From positions 122,635-186,634 of the IMG/VR virus record IMGVR_UViG_3300031133_000383: a DNA stretch of 64,000 nt; one strand, given 5' to 3'. Source of the DNA: a virus (Duplodnaviria; Heunggongvirae; Uroviricota; Caudoviricetes). Of the stretch, positions 38,555 through 47,529 are shown piece by piece (position 1 is the first letter of the stretch; each line of letters begins with the position of its first letter). A program made the position numbers and the translations under genes. The notes under the pieces were generated by a model. That model did not search any database and was not told where the DNA came from. It saw nothing but the letters and a program-made list of their open reading frames with translations.

Positions 38555-40003
38555 ATGTCATTTCTAAACCGCAAAGAAAAAGAGCAAAGTGAAAAAGGTG
38601 GCGAATTGTCTCCGTTGCTGAAAGCTGTAAAAGAACGTAAAACACCTTATACTGCCGAAGAAGATGAACTTGTTCGTGAAAAAATCTATGTAGCTCGCTC
38701 TAACTTTTTGATGCGTCAACCTTTTTTCGGTATCATGGCAATGAACCTTGAGTTAGTTGATGCATCTAAGTGGTTGCTGACTGCTGCAACGGATGGTAAG
38801 CGTTTCTATTACAATACTGGTTTTTTCCTGTTGTTGGAAGCGGCTGAAATTCAGTTTGTATATGGTCACGAAATCTTGCACGTTGCTTATGATCACTTTG
38901 GTCGCTCTATTGCAACCACTGGCGATTTCAGTCATTATTCAGCTAATGACATGACGTTTGACGAAAAAGTCAAACTGCAAAGTAAATTGGTGAACGTTGC
39001 TGCCGATTATTGTGTAAACCGCGACTTGATTTCTTATAAAATCGGTACAAAAATTCGTGAAGAAGTTATTAAACTTTTCTACGATAAAAAATTCGATGAT
39101 ATGACGATGGAAGAAGTCTACAAGGCGTTGCTGAAAGACAGTAAAGCTGCTGAAAATGGCCAAACTCTTGATGATCACTCTGTTGGTCAAGGTGGTCAAG
39201 GTGAAGGCAATGATAAGCGAGTAGCAGATCCACAAGGTGAAAATGGTAAAGGTGATGGTTCTGAATTCAGCCCTGTTCCGATGACTGCTGAGGAACGTGA
39301 AGAAGTGATGCGTGAATTCAAAGACAAAATGATTAACGCTTATGACCAACAAAAAGAACATGAAAAAGCTCGTAGAGAACAAAACCAAGATGCAGGTAGC
39401 CTGCCTGCTGATTTGGAGCGGTTGATTGATCGTATGCGTCGTCCAGAAATTAACTGGCGTCAATACATCCGTAGTCGTATTACTTCGCTTTTCCGGGAGA
39501 GTGACGATTGGAGCCGCCCTTCACGCCGTTCTTTTGATGGTGATTTCATCATGCCGGGTTTCCGTCAAGTTGAAAAAGTGGATATTCACATTGCAATTGA
39601 CTGCTCTGGTTCCATTGGTGAAGTAGAAATGGCCGACTTCTTGTCAGAAATTTCTGGTATTGCTCAACAATACAAACGTGATTTTACATTGCGAGTTTGG
39701 ACGTTTGACGGCAAAGTGTATCCAGAAAGCTTTAAGGAATATACTCCAAATAACATCCGTACTTTGCCTAAGTATGAGTTCTTTGGTGGTGGTGGTACTT
39801 CATTCCTTGCCAACTGGGCATTCATGCGTGAAAAGCGTATTAAGCCTAAATTGTTCATCATGTTTACAGACGGTTATACAGGTGATGACTTTGGTATTCC
39901 GGGCTACTGTGATACCATTTATGTTGTTAACACTGAGGTCCAAGTGCCTAAAGAGTTTGGTAAAACCATTCGCTATAAGCCACGTTCACAAAATAACACG
40001 TAA
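38555..40003 (+). CDS. DUF2201 protein: HExxH metallopeptidase-like + vWA domain
   Basis: TAATDG, GHEILHVAYDH, AIDCSGS, GGGGTSF, FTDGY; GAGGA SD favours ATG 38555. Confidence 0.9.
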   Translation: MSFLNRKEKEQSEKGGELSPLLKAVKERKTPYTAEEDELVREKIYVARSNFLMRQPFFGIMAMNLELVDASKWLLTAATDGKRFYYNTGFFLLLEAAEIQFVYGHEILHVAYDHFGRSIATTGDFSHYSANDMTFDEKVKLQSKLVNVAADYCVNRDLISYKIGTKIREEVIKLFYDKKFDDMTMEEVYKALLKDSKAAENGQTLDDHSVGQGGQGEGNDKRVADPQGENGKGDGSEFSPVPMTAEEREEVMREFKDKMINAYDQQKEHEKARREQNQDAGSLPADLERLIDRMRRPEINWRQYIRSRITSLFRESDDWSRPSRRSFDGDFIMPGFRQVEKVDIHIAIDCSGSIGEVEMADFLSEISGIAQQYKRDFTLRVWTFDGKVYPESFKEYTPNNIRTLPKYEFFGGGGTSFLANWAFMREKRIKPKLFIMFTDGYTGDDFGIPGYCDTIYVVNTEVQVPKEFGKTIRYKPRSQNNT

Positions 40004-40008
40004 CATTC

Positions 40009-40032
40009 AAGTCGCCTTCGGGCGACTTTTTT
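40009..40032 (+). terminator. intrinsic terminator
   Basis: AAGTCGCC-ttcg-GGCGACTT-TTTT. Confidence 0.85.
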
Positions 40033-40097
40033 ATTGATGTTTTTAAGGCTATGTGTTATAATTTTTTTAGAAATTACTCTTGTACATAGGAAATTTT

Positions 40098-40733
40098 ATG
40101 AAAATCCCTAAAAGTATTCAAAAAAAAATATCAGAAGCATTAATCAATAATTATGATTTTTCAAAAGTGAGTTTTGGAGAAAAATCTCAGCATTATATGT
40201 ATTGTGATTATCAATATCTAAGTATCAAACGCAAACCTAAGATTGGAGCAGTCAAAGATGCTAGCATTTACACTATTTACAGTGAATCATCGAGTGATTT
40301 GAGTAAATGGCTTCCAATCGAATTGGTAGGTGCTGTAAAAGACACCATTCGGACACTCAATGGTTTGAAGTATAATTTCTTGTCAGATTCAGGTCTTAAC
40401 CTTAGTCAAATCAAAATCAGCAATTTGATTATTAATTTTTTTGAAGGGGATATACAAGATCTATCACGTCCTCTTGCTGTTTCTGCTGGTTTTTGGATTA
40501 CAACTAGCAGTGGTATCAAAATAGGTTACTGTGAGGTCTACAAAGACCATATCGTATACAATGGTGACATGGTTAATGATGAAGATTTTCCAAATCTTCT
40601 TGGAAACGATTACACCGCTTTCTTAGCAAAAATCGATGACTCCTTTATTTATGACTATCAAACTAAGACATTTCAGGAAAGAGTTGATGATATTAGGAAT
40701 GTTATGTTGACCAAGGAAATGTTTTCTATTTGA
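40098..40733 (+). CDS. hypothetical protein, C-terminal MxxPhi motif family
   Basis: AGGAA SD before ATG 40098; ends VMLTKEMFSI. Confidence 0.8.
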   Translation: MKIPKSIQKKISEALINNYDFSKVSFGEKSQHYMYCDYQYLSIKRKPKIGAVKDASIYTIYSESSSDLSKWLPIELVGAVKDTIRTLNGLKYNFLSDSGLNLSQIKISNLIINFFEGDIQDLSRPLAVSAGFWITTSSGIKIGYCEVYKDHIVYNGDMVNDEDFPNLLGNDYTAFLAKIDDSFIYDYQTKTFQERVDDIRNVMLTKEMFSI

Positions 40734-40737
40734 ACTA

Positions 40738-40761
40738 AGAAGGCCACGTCAGTGGCCTTTC
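40738..40761 (+). terminator. intrinsic terminator
   Basis: AAGGCCAC-gtca-GTGGCCTT-T. Confidence 0.65.
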
Positions 40762-40909
40762 ATTGAATTTAAATGTATTTTAAAGTCTTCTCTAAATTTA
40801 CATTATATTTTTAAAATTTCAACAAATAATAATTATTTTATTTTCTCATAATCTCTTTTATTTTATGACAATAATGATAATATGATTAAAACAACAATAC
40901 AATAATAAA

Positions 40910-41287
40910 ATGAAAAAAATAATTGGCAGTTCGATGTTGCTGTTATTAGCTGGTTGTTCCGGCAATCCAGTCAACACTACAATGTATAATCTACATGAAA
41001 TCAAAGGTAAAGAGGTTATCTGCTACGAACAAGAAGAAGCCACCAGACTGGTTAAAATGGGGTTTACGGCCAAAGGTAAAGCTCAACAAGCGATTATCCT
41101 TGGTAACTCCGTTAAGCACTCCAAATGCAAGGTGGTCAATGAGCAGGAAGTTAAGAAGACAGGGGACGTTGTTATTTTCCCTATTACTGATGAATTTCCA
41201 GAATCTTTTAGGGGGATAAAAAAGGCTGTCTATAAAGTAAAATACAATGATCAATATTACTGGCTAGTCCCTACTCATCTTGATTAG
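40910..41287 (+). CDS. lipoprotein
   Basis: MKKIIGSSMLLLLAGC lipobox. Confidence 0.75.
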   Translation: MKKIIGSSMLLLLAGCSGNPVNTTMYNLHEIKGKEVICYEQEEATRLVKMGFTAKGKAQQAIILGNSVKHSKCKVVNEQEVKKTGDVVIFPITDEFPESFRGIKKAVYKVKYNDQYYWLVPTHLD

Positions 41288-41335
41288 TAATTATTTTAAA
41301 AACAGGTTATTATAATAACCTTTCAAGAGGTATTT

Positions 41336-41606
41336 ATGAATTTTATATCTATTTCAATGGAATTGTCTATTATTTTGCACTTTCCCATATCCTTGTATTA
41401 TCAATATAGGTTTATTGACAATCTTAAAAATGACCATTATTCATTTAAAAAATTACTACCATTTTTATTGCTGGTATTAGCTTGTATTGATTTTTATTTC
41501 TTTAAACACTCTTGGTTTTTCCAAAAGTGAATATTTAGCAATAGGTGTTGATGTCAAAGATTTGAGGTCAGAACATTTTGAGCTTTTAAAAATGATACAA
41601 ATATGA
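41336..41606 (+). pseudogene. frameshifted small membrane protein of the MxxPhi family
   Basis: track ORF stops at 41530, but the +1 frame continues ...DLRSEHFELLKMIQI* (TGA 41604-06); removing one T from T5 at 41516-20 gives an 89-aa protein. Confidence 0.6.
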
Positions 41607-41637
41607 TATAATACTAAAAATTAAAGGTAAATAAATT

Positions 41638-42189
41638 ATGTTGGAATTCGTAGAAGAATTGATGATAGAAAAAGCCAGTCAAGCACCTGAGATCAAAGGG
41701 TTTGATGGAGATTTTCGTTGGTTATCCAATTTTTATCCAATTGAACCATTTGTGTATGATGGTGTAGCCTATTCAACAACAGAAAACTACTATCAAGCCA
41801 TGAAGACACTTGATAAAGCTGAACGTCAACATATTGCTTCATTGCCACCTAACAAGGCTAAACGCTACGCATCTTCCTACAATAAAAAATTTATATGCCG
41901 TGATGATTGGGACATGATCAAGCTAGAAGTTATGGAATATGCTCTTAGACGAAAATTTTCACAGCCGAAGTTTCAGAAATATCTATTGGCTACCCGAGAT
42001 ATTTATATTGAAGAAACTAACGCTTGGGGAGATATCTTTTGGGGCTGCTCCCTAGCAGGCGAAGGAGCCAACAAATTAGGTTTACTTATTCAGAAACTTC
42101 GTACTGAATTACAAGAAGGTCGCGATTTATCGATATATAAACCTGTTATAGCTCCTTTGCTTAAAAAAAAGTTAAAACCCCTACCTTAG
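41638..42189 (+). CDS. NADAR (YbiA-like) family protein, zero-frame product
   Basis: WLSNFY, TENYYQAMK, DWDMIKLEVMEYALRRKF, EETNAWGDIFWG, NKLGLLI. Confidence 0.9.
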   Translation: MLEFVEELMIEKASQAPEIKGFDGDFRWLSNFYPIEPFVYDGVAYSTTENYYQAMKTLDKAERQHIASLPPNKAKRYASSYNKKFICRDDWDMIKLEVMEYALRRKFSQPKFQKYLLATRDIYIEETNAWGDIFWGCSLAGEGANKLGLLIQKLRTELQEGRDLSIYKPVIAPLLKKKLKPLP

Positions 42190-42235
42190 TAGTCAATAAA
42201 GATCTTGAACGCTTTGATGTTTATGTAGGTAGGGG
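42165..42235 (+). other. candidate programmed -1 ribosomal frameshift element
   Basis: in-frame A_AAA_AAG (42165-71), 6-nt spacer, hairpin 42178-42235 with 20 of 24 positions paired incl. perfect CCCCTACCT/AGGTAGGGG. Confidence 0.75.
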
Positions 42236-42500
42236 ATCAAAATTAGGCAATTCTTTTAGTATTCATACTGGTGAATACACACTGGAAGAATCTATATTTT
42301 TACATTCTTATGAGCGTTCAAAGCAATTGGTATTGGATAAAGAATTTAGATCTTATGTCCTTTCAATAAAAGGTAAAACTTTAGGTTGTTTTTGCAAAAA
42401 ACATCGTTCTGATTCTGACTTATTTGCTCTTGACGATACACCTTGCCATGCAGAGTTTTATGCAAATTGGTTAAACTCTTGGGATGAATTTACAGATTAG
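42168..42500 (+). CDS. DUF4326-like domain in the -1 frame of NADAR (no start codon of its own)
   Basis: hand-translated, stop-free 110 codons: VVNK..FDVYVGRGSKLGN..KGKTLGCFC..PCHA; no in-frame ATG; missing from ORF track. Confidence 0.8.
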   Translation, partial: KVKTPTLVVNKDLERFDVYVGRGSKLGNSFSIHTGEYTLEESIFLHSYERSKQLVLDKEFRSYVLSIKGKTLGCFCKKHRSDSDLFALDDTPCHAEFYANWLNSWDEFTD

Positions 42501-42512
42501 ACTATAAAATTA

Positions 42513-42541
42513 TTGAAAGTGCTGTATTTTATTGCTATACT
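42513..42541 (+). promoter_or_regulatory. sigma70 promoter
   Basis: TTGAAA-N17-TATACT. Confidence 0.65.
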
Positions 42542-42577
42542 TTGCTGATTAACCATATAAATAGGAGCAATATAACA

Positions 42578-42631
42578 ATGATCAGATTTGATCAAGGAAA
42601 TGAGGAACAGTTAAAACCCACTTGTACTTAA
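42578..42631 (+). CDS. 17-aa small ORF or frameshifted remnant (MIRFDQGNEEQLKPTCT)
   Basis: AGGAG SD; flanked by its own promoter and terminator. Confidence 0.4.
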   Translation: MIRFDQGNEEQLKPTCT

Positions 42632-42728
42632 AGCAATTATTGGTAGTAAGGAAAGTTTTATTCTTAAATCTGATTGGGTTTCTAATCTACCATAATCGAT
42701 ATTTGATTTGAATTATTTTATAAACAAC

Positions 42729-42758
42729 AAAAAGTGATTGGCCGTAATCACTTTTTTT
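42729..42758 (+). terminator. intrinsic terminator
   Basis: AAAAGTGATTG-gccg-TAATCACTTTT-TTT. Confidence 0.75.
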
Positions 42759-42840
42759 GCTTAGTTTAAATCTGCTTCAAAACTTTATCAAATGAAAATC
42801 TTGTGTTATAATGGCATTATATGTTAAACAGGATTTTTTT

Positions 42841-43851
42841 ATGAAACTATATAGGCTAGATGCCATTCGTAATTTCGTTGTCTCAAAATTCAACAAGTCT
42901 GAGACTACTCCAGAGACTCGGAAAGAGATTGCAGATTTCTTTTCTCCAAATTATATGATTGATCGTCATGAACTTAAAAATGTATTCTTTGAAAATCATT
43001 ATATGACTTCATTTTTATTAGAAGAAGATATTATTTTAAAACATATCTTGAATTTTAATCTCAAATATAATCAAAACATCAGTTTCAATAAAATTAATCG
43101 TTTTTCAAGTCACTTTGAAGCGACAGATTTTCATACCTATCAAAATCATTCATTTCCTGTCAATTATCAAGCACTGGTTGAGAATCATTACACCAATGAA
43201 AATATTCAAAACTTGGTTTTACTCAAAAAAGAAGCCATCAAACTTGACAAAGAGCGTAAAACTTATTTCCAATCTGTAATGGTTGAAGATTTTCCTAACA
43301 ACTTAAAAGATTCTCGTATTCTCTCATTGGATTTTGAGTACAGTAATGATCATATTTATGAATTCGGTATGAGTATATTCAACAAAGATAAAATCGTTGA
43401 TAAATATTTTATCACTAATTTAAAAACAGGAACAAGAGCCAACCAATTCCAATTCAATTTTGGAGAATCTACAATTGTCCCCATTGACAAAATGGTTAAC
43501 ATGCTTAGACAACAATTGTCACAAGCAGATTATTTACTTTTGCATGGTGGGTATAATGATATTGCATTACTTAATAGATACAATATTGAGCTTGACGAGT
43601 ATCCCAATATTAAAATTATCGATACGTATCACTTATATCCGAAGTATTTTAATAATAATAGCCAATCTAACTCAACGCTTGTCGATTTATTGAATCGTTT
43701 CAATGTTGAACATACACACCTGCATAACGCAGGCAATGATGCTCATTATACTCTAGAGATGCTGTTGGAAATGGATAAAGCCATAAATTCCAATACCGTT
43801 ATAGTAGAAAATGACAACAAGAAAAAAATAAGATCTTCTCAAAAAATATGA
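42841..43851 (+). CDS. DEDDh exonuclease, paralog 2
   Basis: LDFEY, HGGYND, HNAGNDAHYT; start 42841 chosen because paralogs begin MKLY. Confidence 0.8.
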   Translation: MKLYRLDAIRNFVVSKFNKSETTPETRKEIADFFSPNYMIDRHELKNVFFENHYMTSFLLEEDIILKHILNFNLKYNQNISFNKINRFSSHFEATDFHTYQNHSFPVNYQALVENHYTNENIQNLVLLKKEAIKLDKERKTYFQSVMVEDFPNNLKDSRILSLDFEYSNDHIYEFGMSIFNKDKIVDKYFITNLKTGTRANQFQFNFGESTIVPIDKMVNMLRQQLSQADYLLLHGGYNDIALLNRYNIELDEYPNIKIIDTYHLYPKYFNNNSQSNSTLVDLLNRFNVEHTHLHNAGNDAHYTLEMLLEMDKAINSNTVIVENDNKKKIRSSQKI

Positions 43852-44825
43852 AATTATATAGAATTTGTTCAATTAAGGATATCTTCCTGAAAGATTTACC
43901 CACTGCAAAAAGAAAAGAAGCCGCTACATTCTTTCATTTGGAAAATCTATATTCAAATGTTCATCTAAAACATATCTATATGAGCAAAAATCATATCAAT
44001 TCTATTTTAATCGATGAAGATGGTTTATCTAAAATTCAACTTTTGACAAAATTGAAGTTTGGCGTTACTCCCGATATTGATGACATAAGAAATGAAGCTT
44101 GCCCTTTTAATGTAAACACAATTGACAAGTTCACAGTAAATGAACCCGGACAAGTGACTAATATCATCAAAAATCATATGAAACAGGATCATATTCAAAA
44201 AATAATACACCTTAAAAAAGAAGCGTTACGTGAATCAGCTATTAAAAAAGAAATTCTACGTTCAAAAATCTATAATGCACATGATAAAGATTTTATCAAT
44301 AAAAAGACGGTTTCAATTGATTTTGAATATATTAATTTGAATGTATTTGAACTAGGCGTTTCTGTTCACGAAAACGGCATAATTAAGAATTATCATTATT
44401 TGATAAAAGAAAATTATATTCATAAAAAGACAAAGCCTGATTTACAATTTAAATTCAAATTTGGTCAAACTGAAATTATTCCAGAAACAATGATGTCATC
44501 TATTATAAAGCATCATTTAAATAATGCTGACTACTTGCTGTTACACGGTCATAGTAATGATTATTTAATTTTAAGAAAGTATGGTTTAGATTTGGAACAA
44601 GAAGAAAAAATAAAAATCAAAGATACTATTTTATACTATAAAAAATATTTTGAACCCGAACAAGGTGATGCACTGACACTTCAAAAGATGCTGAGAACTT
44701 TCGATATTAAGCCTATCAATATGCACAATAGTGGTAACGATGCAGCATTTACAATGGAACTGTTCATTGAGATGCATAAACGTGTTGAGATTGCATCCAA
44801 GAAGATATACAAACCAGTTGCTTGA
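43848..44825 (+). CDS. DEDDh exonuclease, paralog 3
   Basis: IDFEY, HGHSND, HNSGNDAAFT; ATGA overlap with paralog 2. Confidence 0.8.
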   Translation: MKLYRICSIKDIFLKDLPTAKRKEAATFFHLENLYSNVHLKHIYMSKNHINSILIDEDGLSKIQLLTKLKFGVTPDIDDIRNEACPFNVNTIDKFTVNEPGQVTNIIKNHMKQDHIQKIIHLKKEALRESAIKKEILRSKIYNAHDKDFINKKTVSIDFEYINLNVFELGVSVHENGIIKNYHYLIKENYIHKKTKPDLQFKFKFGQTEIIPETMMSSIIKHHLNNADYLLLHGHSNDYLILRKYGLDLEQEEKIKIKDTILYYKKYFEPEQGDALTLQKMLRTFDIKPINMHNSGNDAAFTMELFIEMHKRVEIASKKIYKPVA

Positions 44826-44872
44826 AATCATTTTATTTGATATAATAGCTCTACATTTTTGGAGAGTACTAT

Positions 44873-45259
44873 ATGTCGATTTTGAAAGAGTCAATGCAAG
44901 CATCTATGTCCAGCAAAGCTTTTAAATGGCTTCTTTTATTGATTGTATTGTTTTTAACTGTGTTTATCTATTTCTTTTCATATGTAATAACCTACAAGGA
45001 AGATGCTACATCCAGTATACTGGTTAATCTTCAAATTATGGCTTTAAAAACCAATACTGATAGTCATAGAGTTTTCTATAAAATTGAAGGCAACGACACC
45101 TTATATTTCGTAGATATTAAAAAGTGTAATCTTAAGCCACGACTGGCTGGTTCTACTATTAAAGCTGAGAAAACTTACTATTCTTACAGTGCAACATTTA
45201 GAACAGGTACATCAAGTCGCCTTGAATCTCCTGAAAATCTGTTTTGTTCAAAAGTTTAA
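44873..45259 (+). CDS. membrane-anchored hypothetical protein, probable paralog of 12021
   Basis: GGAG SD; N-terminal TM; C..(A/V)GS.I and terminal Cys pattern. Confidence 0.7.
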   Translation: MSILKESMQASMSSKAFKWLLLLIVLFLTVFIYFFSYVITYKEDATSSILVNLQIMALKTNTDSHRVFYKIEGNDTLYFVDIKKCNLKPRLAGSTIKAEKTYYSYSATFRTGTSSRLESPENLFCSKV

Positions 45260-45268
45260 GGAGCCTAT

Positions 45269-45751
45269 ATGATCGTATCATTTCCAGATTTTAAAGTAAT
45301 TACTCAACATAAACAATTACTACAACGTGTACAACTTACTGACAGTAAAATAAGTTTGTTTAACAGATACAAGGATCGTACCATATTTTCAGGATGTCAT
45401 TCGACAGATGGTCTTAAACTTTCGAAATCGCGAATGCTGGATATTTTGAGTTATCTTAATAACCCGACAGTGGAACAATGGGATAAAATTTACAAATACC
45501 AAATAATGCCATCCAAATCATTATGGGATGCATGGAATAAATCGGTTATTAAAAAAATTATGTGTGTTAAAGAAACACCAGATTTAAAAGATAAATGGAA
45601 CCGTATTCCTACACCAGATGAATTGGTCAAAGGTATCTATAAACTCAAAACAATAGAATATCGTAAACTCAGTAATTTAAAAGACATAATGGATATGGAG
45701 TTATCTTTATTTGAGTTCAAATATAAAAATTACCTTGCAAAATATGCTTGA
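45269..45751 (+). CDS. conserved-looking hypothetical protein
   Basis: AGGAG SD; PTVEQW, SLWDAW, WNRIPTP Trp pattern. Confidence 0.75.
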   Translation: MIVSFPDFKVITQHKQLLQRVQLTDSKISLFNRYKDRTIFSGCHSTDGLKLSKSRMLDILSYLNNPTVEQWDKIYKYQIMPSKSLWDAWNKSVIKKIMCVKETPDLKDKWNRIPTPDELVKGIYKLKTIEYRKLSNLKDIMDMELSLFEFKYKNYLAKYA

Positions 45752-45800
45752 TTTAATAGTGTTGTTGTGTTAATATTTATCAAATTTTGGGAGGCGGTAC

Positions 45801-46328
45801 ATGAAGCATACACTTCTTTTCATTCTAGCAACATTATCAAATTTTGCAGTAGCATCGCCTTTTGCGAATGATGCTGAAAAATTGAGTACAGTCAAGTACA
45901 TGATTCATGAAGGAACCATTATTGCAGAGTTTGATTACGCCAATGTTGATACTCTACGCAACTTTGAAGATTATGATTTTACCATTGAAAGTGCTCCCTG
46001 CAGTGTATTAGGCGATTACTATACAGCAAGTGATGATAATAATACCGTATACACTATCAAGGTAGGCGATAAAGACTTTCGATTCATGTGCCGTGCCGTT
46101 AGTGGAATGGATAATGAAAAGCGTCGTCTTTATATGTTGGGTTCTGTTTATGACTGCATGAGCCGTCCTTTCAATTTCAGTGATTCTGAATTGGCTGAAT
46201 ACCAGTATTTTGGGTCAATGTGTGAAAAAACGAATAGAGAAAAATTTGCTAAAATAGTAGATTATTCTTACCTTGAACTTTTTCATCCAGATAAATATTT
46301 TAAATTATTGGCTCAAAACACTAATTAA
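45801..46328 (+). CDS. exported hypothetical protein
   Basis: GGAGG SD; signal peptide ending AVA; 4 Cys. Confidence 0.75.
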   Translation: MKHTLLFILATLSNFAVASPFANDAEKLSTVKYMIHEGTIIAEFDYANVDTLRNFEDYDFTIESAPCSVLGDYYTASDDNNTVYTIKVGDKDFRFMCRAVSGMDNEKRRLYMLGSVYDCMSRPFNFSDSELAEYQYFGSMCEKTNREKFAKIVDYSYLELFHPDKYFKLLAQNTN

Positions 46329-46454
46329 AAGAAGCCTATTTTCAGACTAGATTCTTTTTTTGAATAATTCTTTACACAATCTTTTCAATTCGAAGTCTTT
46401 CTTTTTTTTTATATTAAGTTAATATGTCTACTAACAAACCGTAGGAGACATTCC

Positions 46455-46772
46455 ATGAAAAAAGCATTATTATCAATTATCGTTGCTGCTTCAATTCCTT
46501 TCTCAGTAGCATTTGCTGGTGAAGGCCCACGTCATCCACACAAGCAATTTGATGAAAAGTTTGCACAAGAGCTTAATCTATCTGCTGAACAACAAGCCAA
46601 GATTAAAGAGATTAGAGAGAAACATAACAACAGTAGAAAAGCAGAAAGAGCCGAAATCAAGGCTGTATTGACACCTGCTCAACAAACAAAAATGGAAGCA
46701 CTTAAAAAAGATCATCCTCGCCCACCAAAAGGAGAGAATCCTCCAGCAAAACCAGATGTTAAAGTTGAATAA
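46455..46772 (+). CDS. LTXXQ-motif (Spy/CpxP-like) periplasmic protein
   Basis: signal peptide; LNLSAEQQAKIKEI and VLTPAQQTKM. Confidence 0.85.
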   Translation: MKKALLSIIVAASIPFSVAFAGEGPRHPHKQFDEKFAQELNLSAEQQAKIKEIREKHNNSRKAERAEIKAVLTPAQQTKMEALKKDHPRPPKGENPPAKPDVKVE

Positions 46773-46784
46773 TTTAACCATAAT

Positions 46785-46810
46785 AAAATGACCTTCGGGT
46801 CATTTTTTTT
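46785..46810 (+). terminator. intrinsic terminator
   Basis: AAAATGACC-ttcg-GGTCATTTT-TTTT. Confidence 0.85.
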
Positions 46811-46870
46811 GACATAAATATTGTATTTTATTTTTTTTTGTTATAATATTCACTATTCTATGGAGATGTC

Positions 46871-47518
46871 ATGCATAAATTATTAATAAAAGCTTTATCA
46901 TTGAATCAAGATGATATTACTATTGAACATCTAGGTGTTGGTGATATTTTTAAAATAAAAAACCATGGCATTTTAAAAAAGAAACCTTTCAAAGATGTTT
47001 TTCTTTTAAAAAAATTTACTCACCCTATGATTGACGGGATAAAAAAAGACACTATAGCCAGTTACTTATCGTTTGTATATTATTTTAATATATATTTTAA
47101 AGATGCTTATGAACATGAGGTTTTATTACCGCCCACCTATACAGAATTGGCAGAACATTTTGAGATCAACTTTATAAATTCTAATGAATATGAACTTTTT
47201 TATACGATTCAAATGAAATTCAAAGGCGAACATAATTATTCAGATAATCTTTTTATCCGTTATAAATTGGTTGAAGGCAAACCTGTTACATGCACGATTG
47301 ATTTCAATATAGGAGCGACTTCTGGTTTTTATCGTCACTCTTCAAAAATACTCGATTTTGAAATTAATATGAATTATTATTTAGGGCAGCACATTTTTAT
47401 ATTGGCTTTTATTTATAAAAGATTTCTTCCAATTGTTGAAGAAACCTTTGAAAGTTTTGACGATTTTGTGTATAATATTGACGATAATTTAAAAATTCTT
47501 ATTATGCAAACTTTCTAG
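46871..47518 (+). CDS. hypothetical protein, C-terminal MxxPhi motif family
   Basis: GGAG SD; ends NLKILIMQTF. Confidence 0.8.
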   Translation: MHKLLIKALSLNQDDITIEHLGVGDIFKIKNHGILKKKPFKDVFLLKKFTHPMIDGIKKDTIASYLSFVYYFNIYFKDAYEHEVLLPPTYTELAEHFEINFINSNEYELFYTIQMKFKGEHNYSDNLFIRYKLVEGKPVTCTIDFNIGATSGFYRHSSKILDFEINMNYYLGQHIFILAFIYKRFLPIVEETFESFDDFVYNIDDNLKILIMQTF

Positions 47519-47529
47519 GAGATTGCTTT

